Shown piece after piece: positions 39,440 to 50,679 of a stretch of DNA of 64,000 nucleotides. Each line of letters begins with the position of its first letter. Within the stretch, counting starts at the first letter, position 1. Position numbers and translations under genes: made by a program. This DNA comes from Camelus ferus (taxonomy: Eukaryota), in assembly GCF_009834535.1 (NCBI RefSeq), contig NC_045696.1, positions 11,100,001-11,164,000 of the forward strand. Direction: 5' to 3'. Under the pieces are notes generated by a model that was not told the DNA's origin, ran no database searches, and was given only the letters and a program-made list of their open reading frames with translations.

Positions 39440-41400
39440 ACACGTGTACCAACAGCGCCGAGCGCCGCACAGAGCTCAGCTTAAGGTGCTTCAAGCGGAC
39501 ACGCAACCGTGGGAGCAGGGTTCCTGACACTGCGAATTGACGAGGTCAACTCACGGGGAGAGAAACTCCAAATACCCTACCCACTCTTCCTTCTAGAAGG
39601 ACTTCCCTGCCACCAGTCCACACGCAGCTACTTCTCTGTTAAAGGCTCACGCCAGGCAAGAAAACTGGCTCTGAGCGCGACCCAAGTTTAATCCAGTCCG
39701 ACTGTGCCCTCTCGGGTGCCTGCCCCCAACCGAGGGCTCACCTGGGCGCACCGCGGTACCGGGGGCGCACAGCGAGGGAGGTCGCTTCTTACCCGAGAAG
39801 TCCGTGAGCGCTGCGATCTCCCTGGAGCAGACCAGGACAGTGCAGTAGAAGAGGCGCAGGAGCTGCCCAGGAGGCTCTACCTGCCTGCGGAGGCCGGGAT
39901 GCTGTGCCGGCTGGGGCACGGGCAGCGGGGGCGCCTGTCCTGGCAGGAGCATGGTGCGCAGCCCGACCGAGCTCGGGCGCGGGCCCGGGACGCGCAGGGG
40001 GTCGCTGGGCGGCGGGCGGCGTCACATGGCGGGGCGGGGCGGTAGCCAGCGGCTCCACGGCCCCCTGCCACCTCCTGGCCCAGGCTGCCAGAGCCTCCTC
40101 CCCGGCGTGGGCCAGCACCGGCTCCCCAGCAAAGAGGAGGGGGCGGGGAACTGGGGCGGGGCGAGGAGCCCCGGGAAGGATCCGCGTAGTTTCCCCGAGA
40201 GGAAATCTCCGCTGCGGCCGCGCGGGAGGAAACGAGGTGGGGGCGAAGGGAAAGTGTAGCCTCTCGCGCCCAGAGACTGCGGAGGCCGACTCCTGGCGCG
40301 CTGCCGGCCACGGAGGGCGCCCCCAACAGCGCGCCGAGGGCAGCGCAACCTGAGCGTCTTCCACGCCCGGGTCCCCGCCCCCGAGTCGGCTGGGCACCCC
40401 TGGCCCGGCCCGCGCTGGCCCCGTGCCAGCCTCGCCCTGGCCGCCGGAGGAACACGGCCGGTGCCCGTGACGCACTTTGGAGCCAGCGCCGCTGGTTGAG
40501 CCCGGGAGCTCCGGGGTGGGGCCGAGGCCGGGGTGGGGGCCTCAGGAAGGTGGGTCCTGGAGGCGTGGGACCGCATCATTGACCCACCGCGCTCCACTTG
40601 CAGAATCATGGAGCACGCACAGTTATCCCCATTTCACAGGAGAGGAGACTGAGACCCAGAGCATCGCCCAACGCCGAAGCTAACTGAGCCAGGACCTGAA
40701 CGGCTGCGGGGGCCGGGGAGGAGAAGGGGACGTTCTGCTCAAAACGGGTCAGATAGCTCCAGAGCCGATTTCTCTTCGCTGCGACTACTTTTCTTCTGGA
40801 TACTGGTTGTCCACGGCGCTCAAAGGATCTGACACTGGACCCGCACAAACAGCCTCCAAACGCTAATAATTAGGCTTTGTTTTAAAATGGGCCACAGCAT
40901 CTTTCTGAACCTCTCGATTACGCGCGCTATGACCCACGTTTGGACGCCCAGCCCATGGGCGAGGAGCGGACTGCACGGCCCGGGCTCGGGGAAACTGGGA
41001 CATGGGCGTGGGGGCTCCCTGGCTGTGCGCCGAGGGGTGCGGTACCTGGGGTCCAGCGACCCAGACCCGGCGGACTGCGCGCGGCGGCCGGGCCAGGCGG
41101 CGCCGGCGGGCGGGAGGAGGGCCGGCCGGGCGCTCGGCACAAAGTGTTCCCGAACACCGCGGGAGGGCCTGCCAAGTTCGCGGCGGGCCTGACGCGGAAA
41201 CGTAGATGATGAGGCCCAAGGGCGGGACCGGGCGCACTGGGTCCGCGGGCTGTGAACCGCACGGCAAACGCCGCAGAGTGCCGTGGGGAGGCCTGGAGCC
41301 CGAAAAACCTAGACTCGCTGTGGAACCCTCTTAGACGTGGGTCGCCAGGATCCCGGAGGGCTGGACGTCATGCGTCCCACACGGTGCTCCAGCAGGGGCA
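39440..41400 (-). promoter_or_regulatory. EVA1C CpG island/promoter (two GC-rich lobes)
   Basis: Dense CpG; GC boxes (GGGGCGGGG near 40031, 40140, 40153) upstream of the EVA1C ATG. Confidence 0.85.
39793..39952 (-). CDS. EVA1C: EVA1C coding exon 1 (N-terminus/signal region)
   Basis: ATG at 39952 in CACCATG context; MLLPGQAPPLPVPQPAQHPGLRRQVEPPGQLLRLFYCTVLVCSREIAALTDFS(G); 160 nt, donor G|gtaaga. Confidence 0.95.
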
Positions 41401-42112
41401 GGGGCAGGGGAATTGCGATTCGGGCCACTTCCTCCCTCTCTTGGGGTTGGAGGAGGGGGCCCGGGTGGCAAATGCAAGGATCAGTATTTGTTAGTGGGAC
41501 CCAATCTGACAGGCACAATGATTTTTAAACTCTTACTAAAATATTCAACCTTCTCAATAACCCTTGGACATAAGTATTCTTACGCATTTTCTAGGTTGAG
41601 GAAACTGAGGCAGGGAGGGTGGGTAAGGATGCCTAGCACTTAGGAGCCATTCAGTAAGTAACTCAAAATGCAGTTCCCTCATGTAGTTCCATTCTATTCA
41701 TCCATCTACTTTAGATGTGAATTAGGTACCTATGTGTCCAATCCTCTGCTGGGAGCTGGGGACAGTGGCACAGGAAGGGAACCATGCTCCCTCAGGGCTG
41801 GGGGCTGCCACCACTGTCCCGTAGGAATGTGCTGCCTTCCAGATAACCGTGTGGGCACTGTTACTAACTGTGACAGCACCACCAGGCCTCCCTATCTGTA
41901 GTCATCAGGCTTACTGTGACGATTTGATGAGTTGGTACAGGTGACATGGGTAGATCTGAGTCTGGAACTAGTTAGTAGGTGCTCAGTCAATATTAGTCAT
42001 TGTTACAGCAAGAAAGACGGACACTGAGCAGGTAATGCCACGTAAAGGACAAGGGGCCGTGGGAGAGACCAGATGGAGGGAAGGAGGTGTTAGGCATCTT
42101 TTTAAGAGAAGA

Positions 42113-42185
42113 TGGGTGGTAGAGTGTGTTCTTAGCACGAGGTCCTGGGTTCAATCCCAGTATCTCCATTTAAAAAAAAAAAAGA
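42113..42185 (+). mobile_element. tRNA-derived SINE, truncated
   Basis: GTGGTAGAGTGTG...GAGGTCCTGGGTTCAATCCCAG, poly-A. Confidence 0.8.
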
Positions 42186-42574
42186 ATATAAAGTTGGGGG
42201 GAAAAAGACAAGATAGGTGACAAAGATCATAAGAGTTGGCCAAACAAAAGCTAGGTGTTTGGGGAGGATGAGCATCTTAGGAAAAGGGACCAGCCTACAT
42301 GAAATCCAAAAGAAGCATGGCTCCTAGAGAAGCCTGGAGGAGATGGAGCAAAGAGAAAGGGGGCAGGGCAAGGGGACGTTGAGAGGTCAGCTGCCAGAGC
42401 TCAGGGACCCAGACACCTAGTGAGCACTTTCATCTTTATCCTTAGCCCTTGTGAGCATTTCCATGTTAAGCCAGCAGAGGGTTGTAAGCAGACAAGTAAC
42501 GCACTCAGCAGTATGCTGGTAAAAGATGACTGGCTGCTCAGGGCATCTGGACTAGGGCGGTCAACAGTGGGTCT

Positions 42575-43100
42575 GGGGGTTATACACCCAAAAGAATTGA
42601 AAGTGGGGATTCAAAGAGATATTTGTGCACTCATGTTCACAGGGGCATTATTCACAGTAGTCAAAAGATGGAAGCAACCCAAATGTCCATTGATGGATGA
42701 ATGGATAAACAAAATGTGGACTATTATCCAGTCTTAAAAAGGAGTGAACTTCTGATACATGGTACAACATGGGTGAACCTTAAAAACATTATGCTAGGTG
42801 GAATAAGCCAGAGACAGATGATAAATACTGTATAATTCCACTTACATGAAATAGCTAAAATAGACAAATTTATAGATAGGGCTTCTGTTTAGGGTGATGA
42901 AAAAGTTCTGGAAATAGATGGTGATGATGGCTGCATAACCCTGTGGATGTAATAACACCACTGAATTATGCACTTCAAATGGCAATTTTTATATTATTTA
43001 CCATGACTTCAAAAAAAATGTAATATGCCAAAAACCACTGGACTCTATGCTTCAAATGGGTGAGTTGTGTGGTATGTGAACTATATCTCTATAAAGCCTT
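42575..43100 (+). mobile_element. L1MB-like 3' fragment
   Basis: TGGAAGCAACCCAAATGTCCATTGATGGATGAATGGATAAACAAAATGTGG; GGGTGATGAAAAAGTTCTGGAAATAGAT. Confidence 0.8.
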
Positions 43101-43549
43101 TTTTTTTTTAAGATCAAGCAATGACAACAAATTGGGTCCAGGGAGATGGTCAGGAGGGGAGGGTAGCCTGGAGGCTATGACTGTGCATTGGGCTGGGCTT
43201 TACAGGACCAGAGAGAAGGGGAATGTGGCCAAATTGGAACAATGTCTGGGAAGGCTGGAGAGCGTGGTGTGACTGGCTGAGTGAGGAGCCTGGAGGACAA
43301 GCCCCTGCTTGCTGTCTGCTTTGCCCCTCAGCTGCTCCCTGTTAAATCAGATCTTAGTCCTAATCTGATCTCTTCAAGAATTTTGGAATCTTGCAAGAAA
43401 AATGTAAAAGTTCCATTTATTTTCCTCTCTGGTCCTCATACTTTCAAGTCTTTTTGTGCCCCCAACAAATGGAAGCCAATTACTCCCCACTTCCATTTCC
43501 ATCTCTGAAAATATGATACAATCAAATACTTAAACTCTGGGGTTCTAAC

Positions 43550-43722
43550 CGGGACCAGCTATATAATTCACAGGCCCAACACAAAGCGAAAATGCGTGGC
43601 TCCTTGTTCAAAAATGATTAAGAATTTTAAGATAGTGACTGCAGGGCATTGAACCAAGCATGCGCTTTTTGAGCACAGGGCCCTGAGCGACTACAGAGGC
43701 CACACGCCCTTGAAGCTGGCAA
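43550..43722 (-). mobile_element. MER45A-like hAT-Tip100 MITE
   Basis: GAAAATGCGTGGCTCCTTGTTCAAAAATGATTAAGAATTTTAAGAT. Confidence 0.75.
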
Positions 43723-45679
43723 GGCACTACCAGTACCTCCATGTCTCAGGTGCGGAAACCAACAACCCAACTCACACAGATCGTCTGCGGCAGGATTTGA
43801 AGCCCTCTTAAACTGTAAAGGCACAGCGATTAGGGGATGAATGCCAAGAATGAGTCAAATAAAAGTGTTCTTCCTTTCTTTATGATGGCAGCATTGGCAA
43901 TCTGGGCCCTTCCTGCGCACGAGTTTGAGACGTATCTCTGTACCTGGAACACGCATCCTTCGTGTGAGAGGCATCCTTGTAGCACATTGTAAATTACATA
44001 CCTAAGTTTCTGCCTTTTGTTTTTCTCTACTTTTGAAGCAACTTTGTTCCTTCTTTCCAGCTCCAAATTACATCCCTGTTTTTCTTCTTCCTGGCCACTT
44101 CCCTTCCCACATAGCCAAACCTGCTGTGGACGATGTTTGTGTGCTGCGCATTTAAATCCAGCCCCAACCCTGTCCTCTCACCTGGGCCATCCAGGTAAGG
44201 CTCTGGGGCTTTCAACAAAGATGGGCTGCAGCTGCTCCAAGAAGACATAAGTCACCATTTGTCAGCTGCAAAGAAACCAATCTTTCAACTCAGGACAGTG
44301 AGGCAGAATGGTGTCCAGAGCTAAAAAGACTTATTTTTAGAAAGCAACAAATGGTGGTTTGTTTATAGAGCTGGCACCAAAGAGCCACATCAATAGCAAA
44401 GAGTCTGCTTACTGAGGACGGTGAAAGCTGGGAAGGGGAGGGCACTAGAAAGGCCATGTGGGGAATGTTTGGCCCCGAAGCAGATGGAAGGAGGTCTTTA
44501 AGAATATGGGCTCAAAACTGGTGTCTGTATGGCAGACCAGCCAAGGTCAAAGGCATCGAGTGCAAGAGTCTGTATCCTGCTCCCGACAGACAGCCACCCA
44601 CAGAGGTGTTTACCTCCCTGCCTCTCCTTTTTCTCGAGTCTGCAAAGTGAAAATGCTGCAGGCTGAAGTCCACTTTGACTCTAAAGCTCATAACCTATTT
44701 ACATGAGATGTAGGATTTCAGGATATTGAGTTCAGCCTATACTGGTTCCTTGACATTCTTTAATGTTTTCTTAAATACGTGTTTTAATTAATTAATTTTT
44801 TTGCTCTCAGTTTGTTTCCCTGTTATTCATATTTTTCTCTTTATGAAAGAAGAATGCAGCATGAGAAAATTTGGGGGTGGGGTGGGGGTTCTTGGAGCAT
44901 TGTGAATGATTGAATTCTGCTCCGTGGGAGTTCTCAGTGTGAAAATTTCCAAGTATCCAAAGCAGTAAACTCAGTTTCTGAAGGAGGGCAGACACCATTT
45001 TCCCTTCTAAGGTTGGAGAATGCTGGGTTCCCACAGAAGCCCCGAGGCTGCTCTCTGCTGCCGCCTTCAATAAATGCTGCAGGGAACCCAGCCACCTGGG
45101 CCCTACCTGAGAGCGGGCTAGTTTGTTTCAGAGACCCCGGTCCCCGTCTCCACCCCCTGGCCTTCTCCTCCCTTCCCTCTCAGGACAGGCACTCTTCCTA
45201 CCTGGTCCTCTGCCATCAGAAAGGGAAGTATGCTGATGGAAGGGAGCTCCATAGTAGGTTGGAAAGAAGCACATCCAGCTCTGCACGACTGGGCTTGCCC
45301 TGCAGGCAGACACAGCGGGGGGCAGTGGGTCCTTGTACGGGCTCCACGTTCAGAGCTCACAGGTTCGACTCCCAGCTCTGCCACTACTGGTATCTGTGTT
45401 GTGGATGGTGGTACAGCTTAGAGCAAATGTAGCTGAAAGGCTACTCATAGCAGAAGCCCCTGCAGGGTAAGAAACATAACCATTTTGTAGACTTAGTGTA
45501 TTGTTGTTGCTTGAGCATAAGACAGTGTTTGGTTTCCATTCAAACCCCTAGGAATGTCTTTGTGATCAAATACCATTTGCCTTGTTAGGCAACAATGGAA
45601 ATAATTTCCAACTTGCTTACCTGGATGACAGTGGCCCTTGTCCCAGGTGGGCTTTTCCACCAGAATTAAAAAAAAAAAA

Positions 45680-45771
45680 TTTTTTTTTAAGTGAAGGTAC
45701 TGGGGATTCAGCCCAGGACCTCGTGCATGCTAAGCATACATTCTACCACTGAGCTATATACCCTTCCCACC
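45680..45771 (-). mobile_element. tRNA-derived SINE, short form
   Basis: GGGGATTCAGCCCAGGACCTCGTGCATGCTAAGC...CACTGAGCTATA; TSD TCCAC(C/T)AGAATT. Confidence 0.9.
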
Positions 45772-46439
45772 TCCACTAGAATTTTTCTTTCTGTGAACTG
45801 GCTGAGACACTCTCCCCCGCCCTGCTTTCTGAATATCCCCTTGTCTCCCCACCCCTAGCCCACTCTGTTGGCCTCCTCAGGCCTGGCTCGCCTCCTCACC
45901 TTCTTCCCCTGCCCAGAAGCATCCCTGTCCCCAGCCCTCTGTGACATGCCCGAGCTCTTGGAATCTTGCTTCCTTCCAAAATGCCAGCCGAATCTGACAT
46001 CAGCTCTTCCAATCCTCAAAGTCCTGACACTATATAATCTTTCTTTTCCTACATAATTTTTTACTGTGGTAAAATACGCATAACATAAAATGTAGCATCT
46101 TAACCATTTTTAAGTACATAGACCACATTGGTCCCTCTAGTAACTTTGTCTCTTGGAGAAGGAAGGAAAAAGAAGGATGGTCACATATGAGCCCAGTCTG
46201 CTTCCCTTTGGTCAACAGAAGTAAAAATCTTTCAGCAGAAGTCTCAGAAGGGTGAGGGAGAGTCTGGGAGGCCAAGGACTGTGGTGCTGCGTAAAGAGGT
46301 GACTGCAGGTTCAGAAGGTACAGTTCCTGCAACCCAGCAAGGGAATGTACTAGGAACTGACAAGGGCGCCCTCTGTAGGTGAGAATCTTAACTTACACCT
46401 TAGAAATGGTAACGGTGGCCCATGAATTTCCTAAATAAT

Positions 46440-46900
46440 TTTTTTATCGTAAAACACACATAATATAAAATTTACCATTTTAACCAATTAAAGTGTACAG
46501 TTCAGCGACATTGAGTACATTCACGTTGTTGTGCAATTATTGCTCCCATCCATCTCCAGAACGTTTTCCTCTTCAAAAATGGAAACTCTGTACCCATTAA
46601 ACTATAACTCCCCATTCTTTTGTCTCCTGGCAACCACCAGTCTATTTTCTGTCTCTATAAATCTAGTTACTGTAGATCCCTCATATAAATGGGCTCATAC
46701 AGTATTTGTCCTTTTGTACTGGTTTCTTTCACTGAGCATAACGTCTTCAAGTTTCATCCATGTTGTCAGTATTTCCTTCCTTTTTAATGCTGAATAATAT
46801 TCCATTGTATGGATACACCACATTTGGTTTATCCATTTATCTTTTGATGGACACTTGGGTTTCATCCACCTCTTGGTGCTTGTGAATAACGAACATGGCT
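46440..46900 (-). mobile_element. L1MB-like 3' fragment
   Basis: AAAATTTACCATTTTAACC...GCTGAATAATATTCCATTGTATGGATACACCACATTT. Confidence 0.8.
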
Positions 46901-48429
46901 GAAGAAAAAAAAGTTTTTTTTTAATTTAAATGATCATTCCCAAGGGGAAGTTTCAGGCTACTAAGAAGAAAACAAATCAAAGTCCATTGACAGGAATTCA
47001 GAATCAATGAAAGTAAGTTCCAATTAAGGGTATAGAGCAGAAGTTTCCAAACTTTCTAAGTTCTTGGCACCCTTAGTGTCTCAATGATATTTCACAGGAC
47101 TATTAAGCCAAAAAACCAAACCAAAACAAAACAAAACTGAACTGTTACAAATTTATTAAATAGCTAGATCCAAACAACAAGTATTTATGTTCTAACAATT
47201 AGGTAGCTATTTGGGGGAAAAAGTATATATTATTTAAAGGAAAAATATTTTTTATTTTACTCTTAAATAACTGATTTATTAAGGAGGTGTGTGCACCCGT
47301 TAGGCATGTCACTGTCTATCCGATCTTGAAATCTGATTGGACACCGTCACCCTCACTTTCTGTTTCATGTATATTTTTCTTGGTCCTTGCTTTTATCACA
47401 GTAACCACTGAAATCCCAGTTTTATGGAACTGTGACAGCTCTGACAGAAAAGTAGCTCAATCTAATGTTGAAATTGAACTACCCTGAGTTAGTAGTTTGC
47501 AACAGAAGTCAGGAATTGCTATATTTCCTTCAACTTATAAAAATATTCCAATCTGTGAGTTTCTTGCAGCGCTCTGGGCAGTTTGGAGCCAAGTTTGGCA
47601 GCTGCAAATCTAGATAATTCAAATACTATGGAGACCTTACTTTGTCAACAAGAATTGCATAAACTGTGTCCGGCTCACTCTCCAACTGACTTCATTTTTA
47701 CCACTCTAGCCCTCCCTCCCTCGCAGACACGCTGGCCCTTTTGCTGTTTCCTGACCGCTCTGATTACATTGCTACCTCAGTGCCTTTGCATTTGCTGTAG
47801 CTTCTCTCTGGATGCTCTTCCCCCATGGATTGCCACAGCTCTCCTCCATCACTCGTTCGGGGATGTCTGCCAGTCCCTGTGTATGCTAGTCACCACACCC
47901 CCCCCACCATTTTCTCATCTCCAGAGCTCTCAAGTTGGCCTACCTGCCATTCTATTGGTCTTCCTGCACTTCCAGGGGTGATTTGCCCCAAACAAACCTC
48001 TTTGAAATGAGTGATCTCCAATGACTTCAATAGCAACAAAGTCAGATTGCAGCGTTGATGTAATTAAAATGTTAATGGGCACCAAAAAAAGTAAATGGAA
48101 CTAATAAAGACCAAAGAAAGGAAAGGAAATAATGCAAATGCACAGAACTGTCACAATTTAAACTAGCAAAGCCAGGAGTACTCTGAGAAGGACATCACAT
48201 GAGGAGAAGATGGCAGCATGGTGGCCGTGGCACTCGGCTGCTAAGACCCCTAAATCCAAATGGCTCCTGGGCAGGTGAAGAAATGCTGCTCCCACCTGAG
48301 GGAGGAACTGCAAAGTCTTGTTGCCAAGAGCCCTGAACACCAGGCTGGGAGGGGTTTGTGGACATGCTTTGCAATCTATCAAACCATGCTTTTCCCATTG
48401 ATCTTAGGTGCCATCTTTTTTCCCTCATT

Positions 48430-50628
48430 ATTCTCCTCATTAAACTTAGTTTTAAGGGATCTCAAAATTCTGTCCCAGATTTTTGGTCAAGTTGTTTCTA
48501 TTAAAAAGTGCTAACTCACAGACATAGAAAACAAACTATGGTTACCACAGGGAATAGGGCTGGGTGGGATGGATAAATTAGGAGTTTGGGATTTAAAGAT
48601 ACACACTACTATATATATAAAACAGATAAACAGCAAGGCTCTACTGTATAACACAGGGAACTATATTCAATATCTTGTAATAACCTATAATAGAAAAGAA
48701 TCTGAAAAAGTATATATGAATATGCATAACTGAATCACTTTGCTGTACACCTGAAACTAACACAACATTGTAAATCAACTCTACTTCAATCAAAAAAAGC
48801 AGCAACTGTTGGCAAGAATGTGGAGCAACCGGAACTCTTATACGCTGCTGGTGGGGGTGTGCAATGGTACAAGCATTTTGGAAAAGTTTGACAGTTTCTT
48901 AAAAAGGTAAAAATACACTTACCATGTAACCCAATATTTCCATTTTTGAATATTTATCTAATAGAAATAAAAAAATATATCCACACAATAAAAAAGTGCT
49001 GATTTTAGAAACTAAAACTTAAAACTGCCACCCACCCACCCACCCACACACACACACAAATGGCTCACAAAACATTCCTTTCCTTCTGAAGGTTTTCATG
49101 ATACATTGTTATCATTAACCAGTCTTTTACTATTAAACCTAAATGGCCAATTGAGACAAACAGTTCTGAGGTCATTCTTTCACCACTGATTAATATGATC
49201 TTGACATTTTTTAATGAGAGGTGGCAGGTAGTGGGGATAATATTAATTTAGCCTCCCAAGCTTTCTGGGCAGACCTTGCCCGCTGCAGCAGCCTCCTTGG
49301 CCACTGCTTTGATGATACCCACAGCAACTGTCACAAACAGCAAAATGACCCAGAGGATGATCATCAGAGAAGCTCTCAACATACATGGGCTTATAGGAAC
49401 TATATCAACCATGGCAGCATCACCAGATTTCAAGAACTTGGGATCACCTTCTAGCTTCTTCCCAGAACAGCAATCAATGTCCTCCAGCTCAGCAAATTTG
49501 CAAGCAATGTGAGCTGGGTGACCATCTCACACAGGTGTGTAGCCAGCGCTGATTTGGCCTGGATAGTTCAGAATAGTCAGGAAGTCAGCTTCTTCCACTG
49601 GTGGATCATTTTTGCCATCACCAGCCATGTTGCTGTGGTGAACATCTTTGACAGACACCTTCTTAACATTGAAGCACACGTAGTCCCAAGGAAGAGCTTT
49701 ACTTGAAGCTTCATGGAGCATTTCAACAAACTTGACTTCATTGTAATGTTGACTGGAGCCAAGGTGACCACCATGCTGGGTTTAAGAATACCAGTCCCCT
49801 TGGGGACAGTACCAATTCCATCAATGTTGTAAATGTCCTGGAGGGACAGACAAAAGGGCTTGTCAGCTGGATGAGTCGGTGGCAGGATGCCATCCAGGGC
49901 TTCAGGCACTGTGGTTCCACTGGCATTGCCATCTTTATGAATGACTTTCCATGGCTCCAGCATGTTGTCACCATTCCAACCAGAACTGGCACAAATGCTC
50001 TTGTGTCAGGGTTATGGCCAATTTTCTTAATGTAGGTGCTGACTTCCTTAATCATTTCTTTATATCTCTTTCTAGCTGTAGGAATCCCTTTTGTTAACCT
50101 GAAAAATTAGTTGTTTCACACCCAGCGTGTAAGCCAGAAGGGCATGCTCATAGGTCTGCTTGTTCTTGGAGACACTTGCTTCAAATTCGCCAACATCATC
50201 AGCAACAAGCTGGACAGCACAGTCTGGCTGAGCTGTGCCTGTGATTGTGGTTTTGACAAAGTCTCTGGGTCCTGGAGCATCAACCATGGTCACATGTGTT
50301 GGTCTTGAATTTCCACAGGGATTTATCAATGGTGATACCTCCTATCAGTGGTGATACTGCACTCATGTTCATCTTTCAGTTCATCCAAGACCCAGGCATC
50401 CTTGAAAGGAGAACTTTCCCATCTCAGCAGCCTCCTTCTCAGATTTTTCAGTGCTTCTTTTGTCAGTCCTACCACCCTTGTGGATCATATGGCCGTCAGT
50501 GGTAGACTTGCCTGAATCTACATGTCAAGTGATGACAGTGTTGATGTGAATCTTTTTCTTTCCCATTCTGGCTTAGATTCAGTGGGGGTTTTCACAGCAC
50601 CTATGTTCTGGTGGAAAATTCACTGTTG
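48430..50628 (-). pseudogene. EEF1A1: Processed EEF1A1 pseudogene, near full length, with many disablements
   Basis: Intronless; 5'UTR exon1/2 junction joined (CCAGAACATAG|GTGCTGTGAAAAC); ATGGGAAAG at 50566; remnants [47 protein letters not shown]; full 3'UTR; stops, frameshifts and deletions. Confidence 0.95.
48513..48990 (+). mobile_element. L1 3' end (48513-48798) plus about 190 bp extra segment, inserted into the EEF1A1 pseudogene 3'UTR
   Basis: TSD AAAAAGTGCT at 48503-48512 and 48991-49000; the EEF1A1 3'UTR is continuous once the insert is removed. Confidence 0.85.
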
Positions 50629-50679
50629 TCTTTACCACATACCAAGTTCCTATGTATGCATGGGTCTTTGTTTCCTTTT

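Noticed and set aside
46046..46500. Two similar TTCCTA(C/A)ATAATTTTTT + L1MB-tail starts about 380 bp apart, as a possible TSD or duplication
   Set aside because: Similarity is mostly T-rich L1 tail sequence. I cannot distinguish this from two independent L1MB fragments by eye.
49248..50329. EEF1A1-like ORF fragments as a functional retrogene
   Set aside because: Early stop, several frameshifts, deletions and degraded GTPase motifs.
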